Shown here: in pieces, positions 19,682 to 29,597 of the stretch
How positions within the stretch are numbered: the stretch's first letter is position 1
Layout of the letters: each line of letters begins with the position of its first letter
Assembly (NCBI GenBank): GCA_002687355.1
Contig: NYZZ01000036.1
Span: 1 to 56,575, forward strand
Source of the DNA: Methanobacteriota archaeon
GTDB taxonomy: Archaea; Thermoplasmatota; Poseidoniia; MGIII; CG-Epi1
Reading direction: 5' to 3'
DNA length: 56,575 nt
Translations under genes and position numbers: made by a program
Notes under the pieces: model-generated
What the model was told of the DNA's origin: nothing
The model's input: only the letters and a program-made list of their open reading frames with translations
Databases searched by the model: none

Positions 19682-20503
19682 ATGACTCAATGGGACATTG
19701 AGGACATCACCCCTGCGTTGCGCGACTCACCCCCAGATAGGCGCAATCAAGTCTGGAGGAATTGGTACGATCGTCTGGTTAGCCAACTGGACGATAGCGA
19801 CTACCGATTCATGAATTACGGATATCTGGGGCTTGAGAGTCCCAAATTAGAACCATCAGATGAAGCGAACCGTATTTTCATTGAGCTCTACCAAGTAACT
19901 CTCGGTGACACCAGCCTGACGGACAAAGACGTGCTTGATATCAGTTCAGGACTGGGAGGAGGGGCCTATTGGATTTCTCGGGTATGCCAACCATCCTCCT
20001 TGGTTGGAATGGATTTCTCACCTGAGGTCGTCAGACTATGCAACAAGTGGTATGGTGGCCAGCATAACCTGCGTTTTGTTGTAGGCGATGCCGAAGCACT
20101 GCCCTTCCCGGACAATTCATTTGATGTTATTTACAACGTAGAGGCTTCGCATTGCTACGCTAATTACGATGTTTTCCTCAGAGAGGTATTCCGTGTGCTG
20201 AAGGCTGGTGGTGCATTCTGCTGGTCGGACTTCCAGAGCCGTACCTCAATGGGAAAAATCGAGACGGATTTTGAGAATTGCGGTTTTGAGATTGTTTCCT
20301 TGGATGATATTACGGATGGCGTGTTGCGTTCACTTGATTCAGTTCACAAAGCCATTTCCGAAGGCAAACTCGACGGTAAGCAGATAATATGGGGTAATGA
20401 CACAGAAAGCTTACAGGATGTCATCCAGGAATTTGCCGGTGGTGGGCGTTCATACCATTGTTGTAATCTATCCAAAAAGAATTCTATTGGCTCCAGAATT
20501 TAG
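19682..20503 (+). CDS. Class I SAM-dependent methyltransferase, Rv2952 / lipid O-methyltransferase-like
   Basis: 273 aa with motif I VLDISSGLGGGAYW and GDAEALPFPDNSFDVIYNVEASHCY. WRNWY.., FMNYGY.. and SDEANRIFIELY recall the mycobacterial phthiotriol / fatty-acid O-methyltransferase family (from memory). Confidence 0.8.
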   Translation: MTQWDIEDITPALRDSPPDRRNQVWRNWYDRLVSQLDDSDYRFMNYGYLGLESPKLEPSDEANRIFIELYQVTLGDTSLTDKDVLDISSGLGGGAYWISRVCQPSSLVGMDFSPEVVRLCNKWYGGQHNLRFVVGDAEALPFPDNSFDVIYNVEASHCYANYDVFLREVFRVLKAGGAFCWSDFQSRTSMGKIETDFENCGFEIVSLDDITDGVLRSLDSVHKAISEGKLDGKQIIWGNDTESLQDVIQEFAGGGRSYHCCNLSKKNSIGSRI

Positions 20504-20540
20504 CGGGAAGCATTTTATCCACGTATACTCTTCAATTAAC

Positions 20541-21530
20541 ATGGTCAAGAGCTACAACTCCAGTAAAAGCAATACCTCGGCCGTCAAGGATGGCGACGGG
20601 GGCGGACCAGATGATATCGACATTGAGGACCCTGCCAAGACCTACAATACCAGCAAGAGCAATACCTCGAGCGAGGCACATGGAGGCGGTGGAGGCGGGC
20701 CGGACGAGACTCAAGGAACGGACTACCATACCACTAGGGACACCAAGAGCGTCAGTGACGGCGACCTTGTTGGCGATGGTGGCGGTCCCGGCGAGCCAGC
20801 GATGACCAAGAATTACAACTCGTCAAAGAGCAACACCTCAAGCATTAGCGTCGAAGACGACCTTGTTGGCGATGGCGGCGGTCCCGGCGAGCCAGCGATG
20901 ACCAAGAATTACAACTCGTCAAAGAGCAACACTTCCAGTGTTAGTCATAGTAGTGGAGATTCAGGAGCGGTTGATCATAACTCAATCCGCTCAAACAAGG
21001 GTATTTCCGGCGGTGGTGGAAGTGGAGGCGGAACTGGCGTAATCGGTTCAACCTTGGGGGTTGCGAAGACTGTCATCATGGTGGCGGTCCTGCTGACGGC
21101 CGCAGGTGTCGGATTCGACCTTTACCAAACCTACAATGATGCTATTGACCTTAATCTGGAAGACCATGTCACAGACGCCGATTTCGCTCTGAACAATGAC
21201 AAGACAGAAATTAACGGCGATATCAGCTTCAATATTCCAGAGATGGGGATGTTCGAGAAGAAAATCCTGGCCAAAGTGCACGTAACGGTGCTGGAATCAA
21301 ATCCCACAACCGATGGTGACTACTCATTCGAATACACCTTAGGGAGCGGCGAACATACCTACAGATTCTCCTTAACCGACCTTGACCCGGTCACCGTAGA
21401 GAAAATTGATGCTGGAGAAGATCTTGAACTGGAATACACTACCAGTATTACGGTAATTTACCTCGGCGTAGAACTAGCGCCTGCGACCACCGACATGCCT
21501 GCCAAGACTGTTACCGTCGAGACTGCCTGA
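20541..21530 (+). CDS. Repeat-containing single-pass membrane protein (YNSSKSNTS / GGGP repeats)
   Basis: 329 aa from ATG 20541. There are five copies of [YH]N[ST][SI][KR]SN[TK], each next to Gly-rich GGGP[DG][DE] stretches. These are followed by a TM helix (VIMVAVLLTAAGVGF) and a roughly 125-aa beta-rich C-terminal domain. Confidence 0.6.
   Translation: MVKSYNSSKSNTSAVKDGDGGGPDDIDIEDPAKTYNTSKSNTSSEAHGGGGGGPDETQGTDYHTTRDTKSVSDGDLVGDGGGPGEPAMTKNYNSSKSNTSSISVEDDLVGDGGGPGEPAMTKNYNSSKSNTSSVSHSSGDSGAVDHNSIRSNKGISGGGGSGGGTGVIGSTLGVAKTVIMVAVLLTAAGVGFDLYQTYNDAIDLNLEDHVTDADFALNNDKTEINGDISFNIPEMGMFEKKILAKVHVTVLESNPTTDGDYSFEYTLGSGEHTYRFSLTDLDPVTVEKIDAGEDLELEYTTSITVIYLGVELAPATTDMPAKTVTVETA
20763..20938 (+). 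repeat. 96-nt (32-codon) tandem direct repeat, two copies
   Basis: Copy 1 is 20763-20858 and copy 2 starts at 20859. The first 76 nt of each differ at one position (ggtggc vs ggcggc), after which they diverge. Each encodes DLVGDGGGPGEPAMTKNYNSSKSNTSS. Confidence 0.85.
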
Positions 21531-21536
21531 CCCTGT

Positions 21537-21830
21537 TCAGTCCTGCGTGAAGAGTTTCCAATCACCCTTACCATCGAGCAAACCGAGGCGCACGCCGGCG
21601 TCTAGCCAGCCGTGCGCGTAGTTCACGGCGGCGAAAGCATCATCACCCCGGCCAGCGGTAAGGAAGTGCTGCGCATCGGAGTGGTAGGCGCGTGCCATCC
21701 CGAGCATATCTTCGGCCTGCGCACGCGCATCGCTGCCGGCTACGGTTGGAATTTCAACCTTCTCCAACGCTTCCGCAGTCAGCGCCAGATAGCGCTCGAT
21801 GCGCTCACGTGAGATGCTGAACTCACCCAC
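21537..21830 (-). CDS. DUF357-family protein (probable)
   Basis: 97 aa. ..AEDMLGMARAYHSDAQHFLTAGRGDDAFAAVNYAHGWLDAGVRLGLL.. matches my recollection of the archaeal DUF357 pattern. Start is GTG. Confidence 0.55.
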   Translation of the reverse strand: MGEFSISRERIERYLALTAEALEKVEIPTVAGSDARAQAEDMLGMARAYHSDAQHFLTAGRGDDAFAAVNYAHGWLDAGVRLGLLDGKGDWKLFTQD

Positions 21831-21850
21831 ATCCTGTCAGCGGCCGACCG

Positions 21851-21863
21851 CTTAACCTTATCA
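21851..21863. promoter_or_regulatory. Central A/T box between divergent DUF357 gene and xseA
   Basis: cttaaccttatca sits in the middle of a 53-nt spacer (21831-21883). It is about 27 nt from each start. Confidence 0.3.
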
Positions 21864-21883
21864 CCCAGTGCTGTTCGGGTGGA

Positions 21884-23074
21884 GTGTTCGCGCCGGTGTG
21901 GACGCTGCAGCAGCTGAGTCAACGGGTCAAGCAGGCGGTCGAAGGTGTCGCCGAGTTTCGTGACATCCGCATCGATGGTGAGGTTATCAAGCCCTTTCAG
22001 GCGGCGTCGGGGCATCTCTATTTCACGCTGACAGACGGACAGAACAGCCTTGCATGCGTCGCATGGGCCAGCAACCAGGCCGGCTTCACTGCGCAACCAC
22101 AGGAAGGGGATCAAGTAATCGCTCGCGGGTCTCTCTCAACTTATGGCGCGAGGTCACAATACCAACTTGATGTGCGAGGTCTACGTCCTTCTGGTGCGGG
22201 TGACCGCGCTGCTGCTATTGAGGCGCTGAAACGAAAGCTGCGCGGTGAGGGCCTTTTCGACGACCTACATAAAAAAGAATTACCTCCATTCCCGCTGCAT
22301 ATTGCTCTGGTAACTGGCGCCGGCTCGGCGGCACTCAACGACGTGCTGAAAGTGGCACGCCAACGCTGGCCGCTGGCGCGTGTCAGTGTCGTTCCGGCGC
22401 TGGTACAAGGTGCTGGCGCGCCCACCGCACTGGTTACGGCACTCAGGCATGCTGATGCCCTTGGCGCAGAGCTGCTGATACTGGCACGTGGCGGTGGCTC
22501 ACCAGAAGACCTGGATGGTTTCAATGCCGAGCCAGTCGTGCGCGCAGTCTTCGGCTGTGCGACGCCAGTTGTGACAGGAGTTGGCCACGAAATAGATACG
22601 ACAGTCGTCGACTTCGTTGCAGACCTGCGCGCGGCAACGCCCAGCAACGCCGCCGAACTAGCGCTACCCGACTGGCGTGAGGTGGACGCACGTTTCGCTG
22701 GCGCACTACAGCAGCTGGCAGCGCTTGCGGGACGGCGAGTCGAGCGCGAGGGGGCAGCGATTGGCGCGCTACAGCACCGACTAATGCTGGCGCATCCGCG
22801 CAAGCGGCTGCGCGAGGGGGTACAGCGGCTCGATACAGCTACGGCGCAACTACAACGCAGTGTCCGCACGCTGCTTGGGGGACAGACTGAACGGCTGTCG
22901 AAAGCCCAAGCACTGCTGGTAGGGCTCGACCCAACGGCTGTGCTGGGACGCGGCTACGCCATCGTGCAGCACAGTGGAGGCGTACTGCGGACGCCTGTAC
23001 CGATTGGCAGCGAAATTGATATTACTCTCAGTAAAGGAGGCATGGAATGTCAAGTAACAAAGACGAGGAACTGA
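21884..23074 (+). CDS. xseA: Exodeoxyribonuclease VII large subunit
   Basis: 396 aa with an OB-fold N-terminus ..FRDIRIDGEVIKPFQAASGHLYFTLTDGQ.., then ..ALVTGAGSAALNDV.. and ..ILARGGGSPEDL.. and a coiled-coil tail. Confidence 0.88.
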   Translation: MFAPVWTLQQLSQRVKQAVEGVAEFRDIRIDGEVIKPFQAASGHLYFTLTDGQNSLACVAWASNQAGFTAQPQEGDQVIARGSLSTYGARSQYQLDVRGLRPSGAGDRAAAIEALKRKLRGEGLFDDLHKKELPPFPLHIALVTGAGSAALNDVLKVARQRWPLARVSVVPALVQGAGAPTALVTALRHADALGAELLILARGGGSPEDLDGFNAEPVVRAVFGCATPVVTGVGHEIDTTVVDFVADLRAATPSNAAELALPDWREVDARFAGALQQLAALAGRRVEREGAAIGALQHRLMLAHPRKRLREGVQRLDTATAQLQRSVRTLLGGQTERLSKAQALLVGLDPTAVLGRGYAIVQHSGGVLRTPVPIGSEIDITLSKGGMECQVTKTRN

Positions 23075-23262
23075 ACTTCTCGCAAGCACTGCAGCAACTC
23101 GAAACGCTGCTTGCGCAGCTAGAATCAGGCGAGATTGAGCTGGAAGAGGCAATGGAACTATTCGAGCAGGGCAGTGTCCTCGCCGAGCGCTGCCGCGAAA
23201 TGCTCGCCAACGCAGAGCAACGACTAGAGGAGCTAGCACCGGCGGAACCGGAAGGCGAGTGA
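23047..23262 (+). CDS. xseB: Exodeoxyribonuclease VII small subunit
   Basis: 71 aa with LNFSQALQQLETLLAQLESGEIELEEAMELFEQG. It overlaps the xseA 3' end. Confidence 0.85.
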   Translation: MSSNKDEELNFSQALQQLETLLAQLESGEIELEEAMELFEQGSVLAERCREMLANAEQRLEELAPAEPEGE

Positions 23263-23302
23263 AGGCGAAAGTTTAATCCGGCTGCAGGCTGAGTTGGCTG
23301 CA

Positions 23303-24373
23303 ATGAGGCATGCTAGCTGGCTGTTCACGCTCTGCGCACTGGTGGTGTTCACTGCCGGGACGCAAGGTGAGTTGCAGGGGAGTACACAGCCACTGCACCT
23401 GAACCTGAAAGAAGGTCCGGCGTTTTCTCCCGAGACCGTGGCTAACGTCGAGCAGGAAGCGATCGAGGAGCGGTACTACTCACACACGCAGAACACGCCA
23501 GATCCAATTTCGACCCGCAATAAAGGCGACTGGAAGTCGATGGGGACTTGGGAGAGTGATGCCTCCCTGTACGATGTGACAATCAGCGATGTGGTATTCA
23601 ACCTCTGGTGGGTCGAGGATCCGAATGACGAGAACTACGAAGCCAACCTTGAGCTCAGATGGACCATCTTCCTAGATGGACAGCAAATATTCCAGTACGA
23701 GGACAACGAAGATGACAACAATGGTGACGATTACGAAGACGGGACAGGACCCTGCCCGCAGACACGCGACGATCCTTGTGAATACGCGGAACCACCGACA
23801 GGAACATTTCCCAACACACTTGTTGAGAGAGGTCTAACAATCTCTCTCGAGGTGGAAATGAAATCATTCAGAGCTATCTACATCTACTACGATAACGCCA
23901 GCCGTGACTCAGGAATGAAGGTCGCGGCCGATGCGGTCTTTTTCGGCCGTGGCACGCAGAATAGCGGTGAAGTCGGCTTCGAATACATCGAGGCATGGAA
24001 AACTGATGTCAACGAAATCCTAGAGGGCAATTTCCTAACGCTAACCGTCGATGGGGCAACGCTGGACAACAACGCGCAACCATCGGGCTATCCCCGAGTT
24101 GTGGATGGTGCGGAATACCAACTGAACAACGCTACTGTCAAGGCTGTGATGGTGTTCTGGAAGCTAGAGCAGTACGCCCGTGGCGATGACCCCACGGTCG
24201 GTTTCGCCTACACATCCCGCGCAGACTACGCCCCTGCAATTATGGTAGAGGTCGGAAGCCTCGACCCGATTTCCACAGATGAGGAGTCGAATGAGGGATT
24301 TTTAGGGATACCAGGCTTTGAACTGGTAGTGGCGACACTGGCAATCGCATTGGTGGCACGGCGCAAGCGTTGA
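23303..24373 (+). CDS. Secreted PGF-CTERM protein, unknown family (paralogue 1)
   Basis: Signal peptide MRHASWLFTLCALVVFTAG. The C-terminal tripartite signal is GFLGIPGFELVVATLAIALVARRKR. Shared blocks with the next ORF include LNLKEGP, NLWWVEDPNDENYEA, IYYDNASRDSG and EYIEAWKTDV. Confidence 0.7.
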   Translation: MRHASWLFTLCALVVFTAGTQGELQGSTQPLHLNLKEGPAFSPETVANVEQEAIEERYYSHTQNTPDPISTRNKGDWKSMGTWESDASLYDVTISDVVFNLWWVEDPNDENYEANLELRWTIFLDGQQIFQYEDNEDDNNGDDYEDGTGPCPQTRDDPCEYAEPPTGTFPNTLVERGLTISLEVEMKSFRAIYIYYDNASRDSGMKVAADAVFFGRGTQNSGEVGFEYIEAWKTDVNEILEGNFLTLTVDGATLDNNAQPSGYPRVVDGAEYQLNNATVKAVMVFWKLEQYARGDDPTVGFAYTSRADYAPAIMVEVGSLDPISTDEESNEGFLGIPGFELVVATLAIALVARRKR

Positions 24374-24410
24374 AGCAACCTTAATAACGCGAACCGACTG
24401 GAGCCGCTCC

Positions 24411-25436
24411 TTGCGCTATTTCGTTGTTCCAGTCATGATGTTCGTTGCTGCCCTCCTGCTGGCGCTCCCTGCGAGCGCGGCGGAAATGGAACCCTTCGAG
24501 CCTGAAATAGCACTCACGTTTAACTTGAAGGAAGACGGTGCTACCCTCTCACCCCAGAACAAGCTGCCCGATGAAATGGAGGCCCATTCTACTGGACGAG
24601 CTGAATACAGTCAGCTCCCTGGTTTCCGATACGATCGTGAAGCGACCCAGGTCGGCGAATGGGCAACTGAGGGGGTAGTTTACGATCAATCAATTTCTAT
24701 AGACCAAGCAAATATATGGTGGGAAGGGAAAGACCCGGATTACGAAGCTGATTGTGAATGGACTTTCTACTTCAAGGTGAATGACCAGTCAGTCGAGGAT
24801 ACCGTCGTTGGGTGTCAGAGCAATGGCGATGAACTGGTTGAGGAAACCTATGGGCTTGGCTTTGTCTATGACCTCGTGGCAGGCGACGTTTTCAGTTTCG
24901 AAATATGGTACGAAGGGTGGGAAGATGTCGACATCTACCACGACAATATTACCTATGACACGGGGTTCTTCGTAACCTCATCTCCTCTCGCTTTTTACGA
25001 TGCTAGAGCTAGCGGGAGTGTTGTCGCTATAGAGTTCACCGAGGCGTGGCCGGTTGACTGGAAAGACAATCTGAGGGGCGGCTATGTGATGCTAATGGGT
25101 GCCGACATGTGGATGGCGAATAACGACTATGCCTCAGTCTCGGAAGGCTCCGAGCACGAGACGGCAAATGGCACCATCGTCACCGGCACAGTCATCACAT
25201 GGGAGCAGGTTACCGGAAAAGAGCTGAACGTAATGCTACACTACACCCAATTTGACCATACGGGAATGGGAGGTGGAGGCAACGGTACCAACGGCTCCGC
25301 AAATGATCCGCTAATAACGCTCACAATTGTCTCAGCATCTATTCTTGGCGGCGACGACGACGGTTTACTTGGTCTTCCTGGCTTCCCACTATTTCTGGCT
25401 GTTCCGGCGCTTGCCTGGGCGGCGCGACGCCGCTAA
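24411..25436 (+). CDS. Secreted PGF-CTERM protein, unknown family (paralogue 2)
   Basis: Signal peptide ..MMFVAALLLALPASA. The C-terminal signal is GLLGLPGFPLFLAVPALAWAARRR. Blocks FNLKEDG, NIWWEGKDPDYEA, IYHDNITYDTG and EFTEAWPVDW parallel the preceding ORF. Confidence 0.7.
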   Translation: MRYFVVPVMMFVAALLLALPASAAEMEPFEPEIALTFNLKEDGATLSPQNKLPDEMEAHSTGRAEYSQLPGFRYDREATQVGEWATEGVVYDQSISIDQANIWWEGKDPDYEADCEWTFYFKVNDQSVEDTVVGCQSNGDELVEETYGLGFVYDLVAGDVFSFEIWYEGWEDVDIYHDNITYDTGFFVTSSPLAFYDARASGSVVAIEFTEAWPVDWKDNLRGGYVMLMGADMWMANNDYASVSEGSEHETANGTIVTGTVITWEQVTGKELNVMLHYTQFDHTGMGGGGNGTNGSANDPLITLTIVSASILGGDDDGLLGLPGFPLFLAVPALAWAARRR

Positions 25437-25442
25437 TCTCTT

Positions 25443-26540
25443 TCAGGAAGCCGCACTCAGTTCCATCATGCGCTGAATTGGTGCTGCAGCAGCCTCGATT
25501 ACCTTGGGCGGCAAATCGACCTCCCACTGCTGCAAATCGTCGCCGGCATCGATGGCTTCCAGTATAGGCAGGATTTTCTCGAGCGTGATGCGCGCCATGT
25601 GACTACAACGCACCGAACAAGCGGTCCAGAACTGTACTGTCGGGAATTCTTCCATCAGGTTCGAGGTCAACTCGCACTCGGAGGCGATGAATGCCCGCTC
25701 TAGACTGCCGGCAGCGACGTGCTGCGCGATGTCGTTGCTTATCTGGGTCGTGCTGCCGTAGAAGTCCGCCTCGCGTAATACCTCTGGCCGGCATTCCCAG
25801 TGGACGTATAGACGCCGAGTCGGATGACCCGGCGGGATATCAAAGCCATTGCGAACTGCCCGGATGTCATCGAGCGTAAACTGCTCGTGCACCTCGCAGA
25901 CAGCGCCGTGTCCACCGTTGCCCTGTCCTGGGTAGATAACGCGCTTGTGCCCCTGTAACTCCTCTTCAAGATTCTGCGCAAAAAACAGGTCAGGGACAAA
26001 AATCAGCTCGTCGCCCGGCAGTGCCATAGCAATGTGTGCAGCGTTGGCCGATGTGCAGCAAACATCGCACTCCGCCTTCGCCTCAGCGTAGGAATTGACG
26101 TATATCATAACAGGAACGCCAGGGTGGGCGGCGCGTATTTGCCGCACCTCAGTGGCGCCGAAATTATCAGCAAGCGAGCAGCCCGCCTCCCGGTCGGCAA
26201 TTAGAACCCGCTTTTCAGGGCTGAGAATCTTGGCGGTTTCGGCCATGAAGCGGACTCCGTTGAAGATAATGAACTCCGCTTCGGTTTCTGCGGCGGAGCG
26301 GCTCAGGCCAAGCGAGTCACCCTGCTCAATTTTTTCCGAAAGGCCGTAAACCAGCGGTTCCATGTAGTTATGACCCAGGATAACAACCCCGTGCTGCTGT
26401 TTCAGCTCTAGGATGCGATGCACCGTCGTCGCGTGCAGCTCTACCTCCGCCATAGTAAGCGTGGGATTCTCGCGCGCCACGATAGCGTCCCGGACTTCAT
26501 CGAGCGTCAGTGTCATGGATTCAAATAGCGAACGAGTCAC
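25443..26540 (-). CDS. nadA: Quinolinate synthase
   Basis: 365 aa with ..HGVVILGHNYM.. and the NadA three-domain layout. The start is at 26540 (overlapping the upstream stop) or at ATG 26516. Confidence 0.9.
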   Translation of the reverse strand: MTRSLFESMTLTLDEVRDAIVARENPTLTMAEVELHATTVHRILELKQQHGVVILGHNYMEPLVYGLSEKIEQGDSLGLSRSAAETEAEFIIFNGVRFMAETAKILSPEKRVLIADREAGCSLADNFGATEVRQIRAAHPGVPVMIYVNSYAEAKAECDVCCTSANAAHIAMALPGDELIFVPDLFFAQNLEEELQGHKRVIYPGQGNGGHGAVCEVHEQFTLDDIRAVRNGFDIPPGHPTRRLYVHWECRPEVLREADFYGSTTQISNDIAQHVAAGSLERAFIASECELTSNLMEEFPTVQFWTACSVRCSHMARITLEKILPILEAIDAGDDLQQWEVDLPPKVIEAAAAPIQRMMELSAAS

Positions 26541-26847
26541 CGCAGCCGCAAGTTGCTTCCGCCTTGGGGTTATGCAGCATCAGACCTGAGCGGGTCAATC
26601 CGCCTGTAAGTGGGTCGATATAGTCGAGCGTCGCCTCTGCCAGCAACGGCTCCGAGCGGGGATCAACGCTTACTGTCACGCCGTGCACTTGGACTTCGGC
26701 ATCACCCTCAACTGGCTCTGCAGCCAGCTGCAAGTCGTACTGCATACCAGAGCAACCACCGCCGATAACGCGAACACGCAGCCGTGGTGCAGCACCATCG
26801 GCCAGCCGCTGGATATGAGCTGCAGCCTGCTCGGTGACTGTAAGCAT
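26521..26847 (-). CDS. A-type iron-sulfur cluster carrier (HesB/IscA/ErpA family)
   Basis: 108 aa with GGCSGMQYDL and the C-terminal CGCGDSFAI cysteine triad. Confidence 0.88.
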   Translation of the reverse strand: MLTVTEQAAAHIQRLADGAAPRLRVRVIGGGCSGMQYDLQLAAEPVEGDAEVQVHGVTVSVDPRSEPLLAEATLDYIDPLTGGLTRSGLMLHNPKAEATCGCGDSFAI

Positions 26848-26904
26848 CTAGGCCTCTGTATTCAGGTGTAATATAAGCGTGCCGTCACGACCATTAATAA
26901 CAGA

Positions 26905-26918
26905 AATTTTATATAGGA
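26905..26918 (+). promoter_or_regulatory. TATA-like box upstream of the Rrf2-suf operon
   Basis: aaattttatatagg lies in the 109-nt divergent intergenic region, about 40 nt upstream of GTG 26957. Confidence 0.4.
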
Positions 26919-26956
26919 CTGATTTAGTGCAAATTAACTTCTGTAGGGAGTGCCGT

Positions 26957-27399
26957 GTGATACGAATCAACAAATTGACAGACTACGGTATCGTTATCGC
27001 TGCACGCATCGCCAAAGACGAGCCGGAGCGGCTCCACACTGCGCGCGAAATTGCTGAAGATACACATGTCCCGCAACCGACAGTGACGCGACTGCTGAAG
27101 CAGCTGGCGCGCAGTGGCATCCTTACTTCAACGCGAGGTGCCGCTGGCGGCTACTGCTTGACACAGCCTGCCGAGACCATCTCAGTGGCGCGACTGGTCG
27201 AGGCGCTGGAGGGACCGATTGCGCTGACAGAGTGCTCCAATACTGTCTGCAGCTGCGCCCTAGAAGATGACTGCGCCGTCGAGGCGCCGTGGCAGACCAT
27301 CTCACTCGCCGTGCGGAACGCACTCGAAACGGCAACGCTGGCCGACATGGCGCAGCCGTCGCTCGCGCCGCCACTAGTTCCACTGAAAGGTGTCCAGGC

Positions 27400-27403
<4 letters not shown>
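26957..27403 (+). CDS. Rrf2-family transcriptional regulator (IscR / SUF-regulator-like)
   Basis: 148 aa from GTG 26957: [58 protein letters not shown].. A Cys cluster [15 protein letters not shown] could ligate an Fe-S cluster. Confidence 0.8.
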
Positions 27404-28847
<1,444 letters not shown>

Positions 28848-28848
<1 letters not shown>

Positions 28849-29597
28849 TGCTCGAAATCCGCAACCTGAAAGCTGGCATCGATGGTAAAACTATCCTGAA
28901 AGGGATTGACCTGACCGTCAACGCGGGCGAGGTGCACGCCATTATGGGGCCTAACGGTAGTGGTAAGAGCACGCTGGCACAGATTATTGCGGGACGCGAG
29001 CAATTCGAAGTCAGCAGTGGGTCAGTCAAGTATGACGAGAAAGACCTGCTCGAACTCGCCCCGGAGGAACGCGCCTGCGCCGGCATCTTCATGGCTTTCC
29101 AGTATCCAGTCGAAATTCCTGGCGTTAGCAATAGCTACTTCCTGCGCTCTGCCCTTAATTCGCAACGCCGTGCACGTGGTGAACAGGAGCTAGACGCCTT
29201 CGAATTCCTGACCTTCATCCAAGAACGGATGGCACTGCTCAACCTGCATGAGGAGCTATTGAACCGACCGGTCAATGAGGGCTTCTCGGGCGGTGAGAAA
29301 AAGCGTAATGAAATCTTCCAGATGGCTGTGCTGGAGCCACAACTTGCCGTGCTGGACGAGACCGATTCTGGTCTGGATATCGACGCGCTGCGCGTTGTTG
29401 CCAGCGGCATAAATTCACTACGGAGAGAAGACAATGCCACAATTGTGGTAACGCATTACCAGCGACTGCTCAACTACGTCGTACCCGACTTCGTGCATGT
29501 GCTCGTGGATGGGCGCATCGTGCGCTCAGGCGACCAGCAGCTGGCGCTAGACCTTGAAGAGCATGGCTACGACCATATTATTGCACAGGCGGCATAG
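28848..29597 (+). CDS. sufC: Fe-S cluster assembly ATPase SufC
   Basis: Walker A GPNGSGKST, ABC signature FSGGEKKR and Walker B LAVLDETDSGLD. The start shares 1 nt with the sufB stop (TGATG). Confidence 0.93.

Noticed and set aside
16498-21530. Low-GC segment as an integrated mobile element or provirus
   Set aside because: No integrase, transposase, capsid or terminase-like ORF, tRNA attachment site or flanking direct repeat could be found by eye.
22141-22869. 242-aa minus-strand ORF
   Set aside because: It lies antisense to xseA, has Ala/Ser/Arg-rich composition typical of GC-rich shadow ORFs, and shows no recognisable motif.
27289-27399. 5' extension of sufB overlapping the Rrf2 gene
   Set aside because: The extension is Arg/Ala-rich with no SufB similarity. 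The GTG at 27400 gives a GTGA coupling to the Rrf2 stop.
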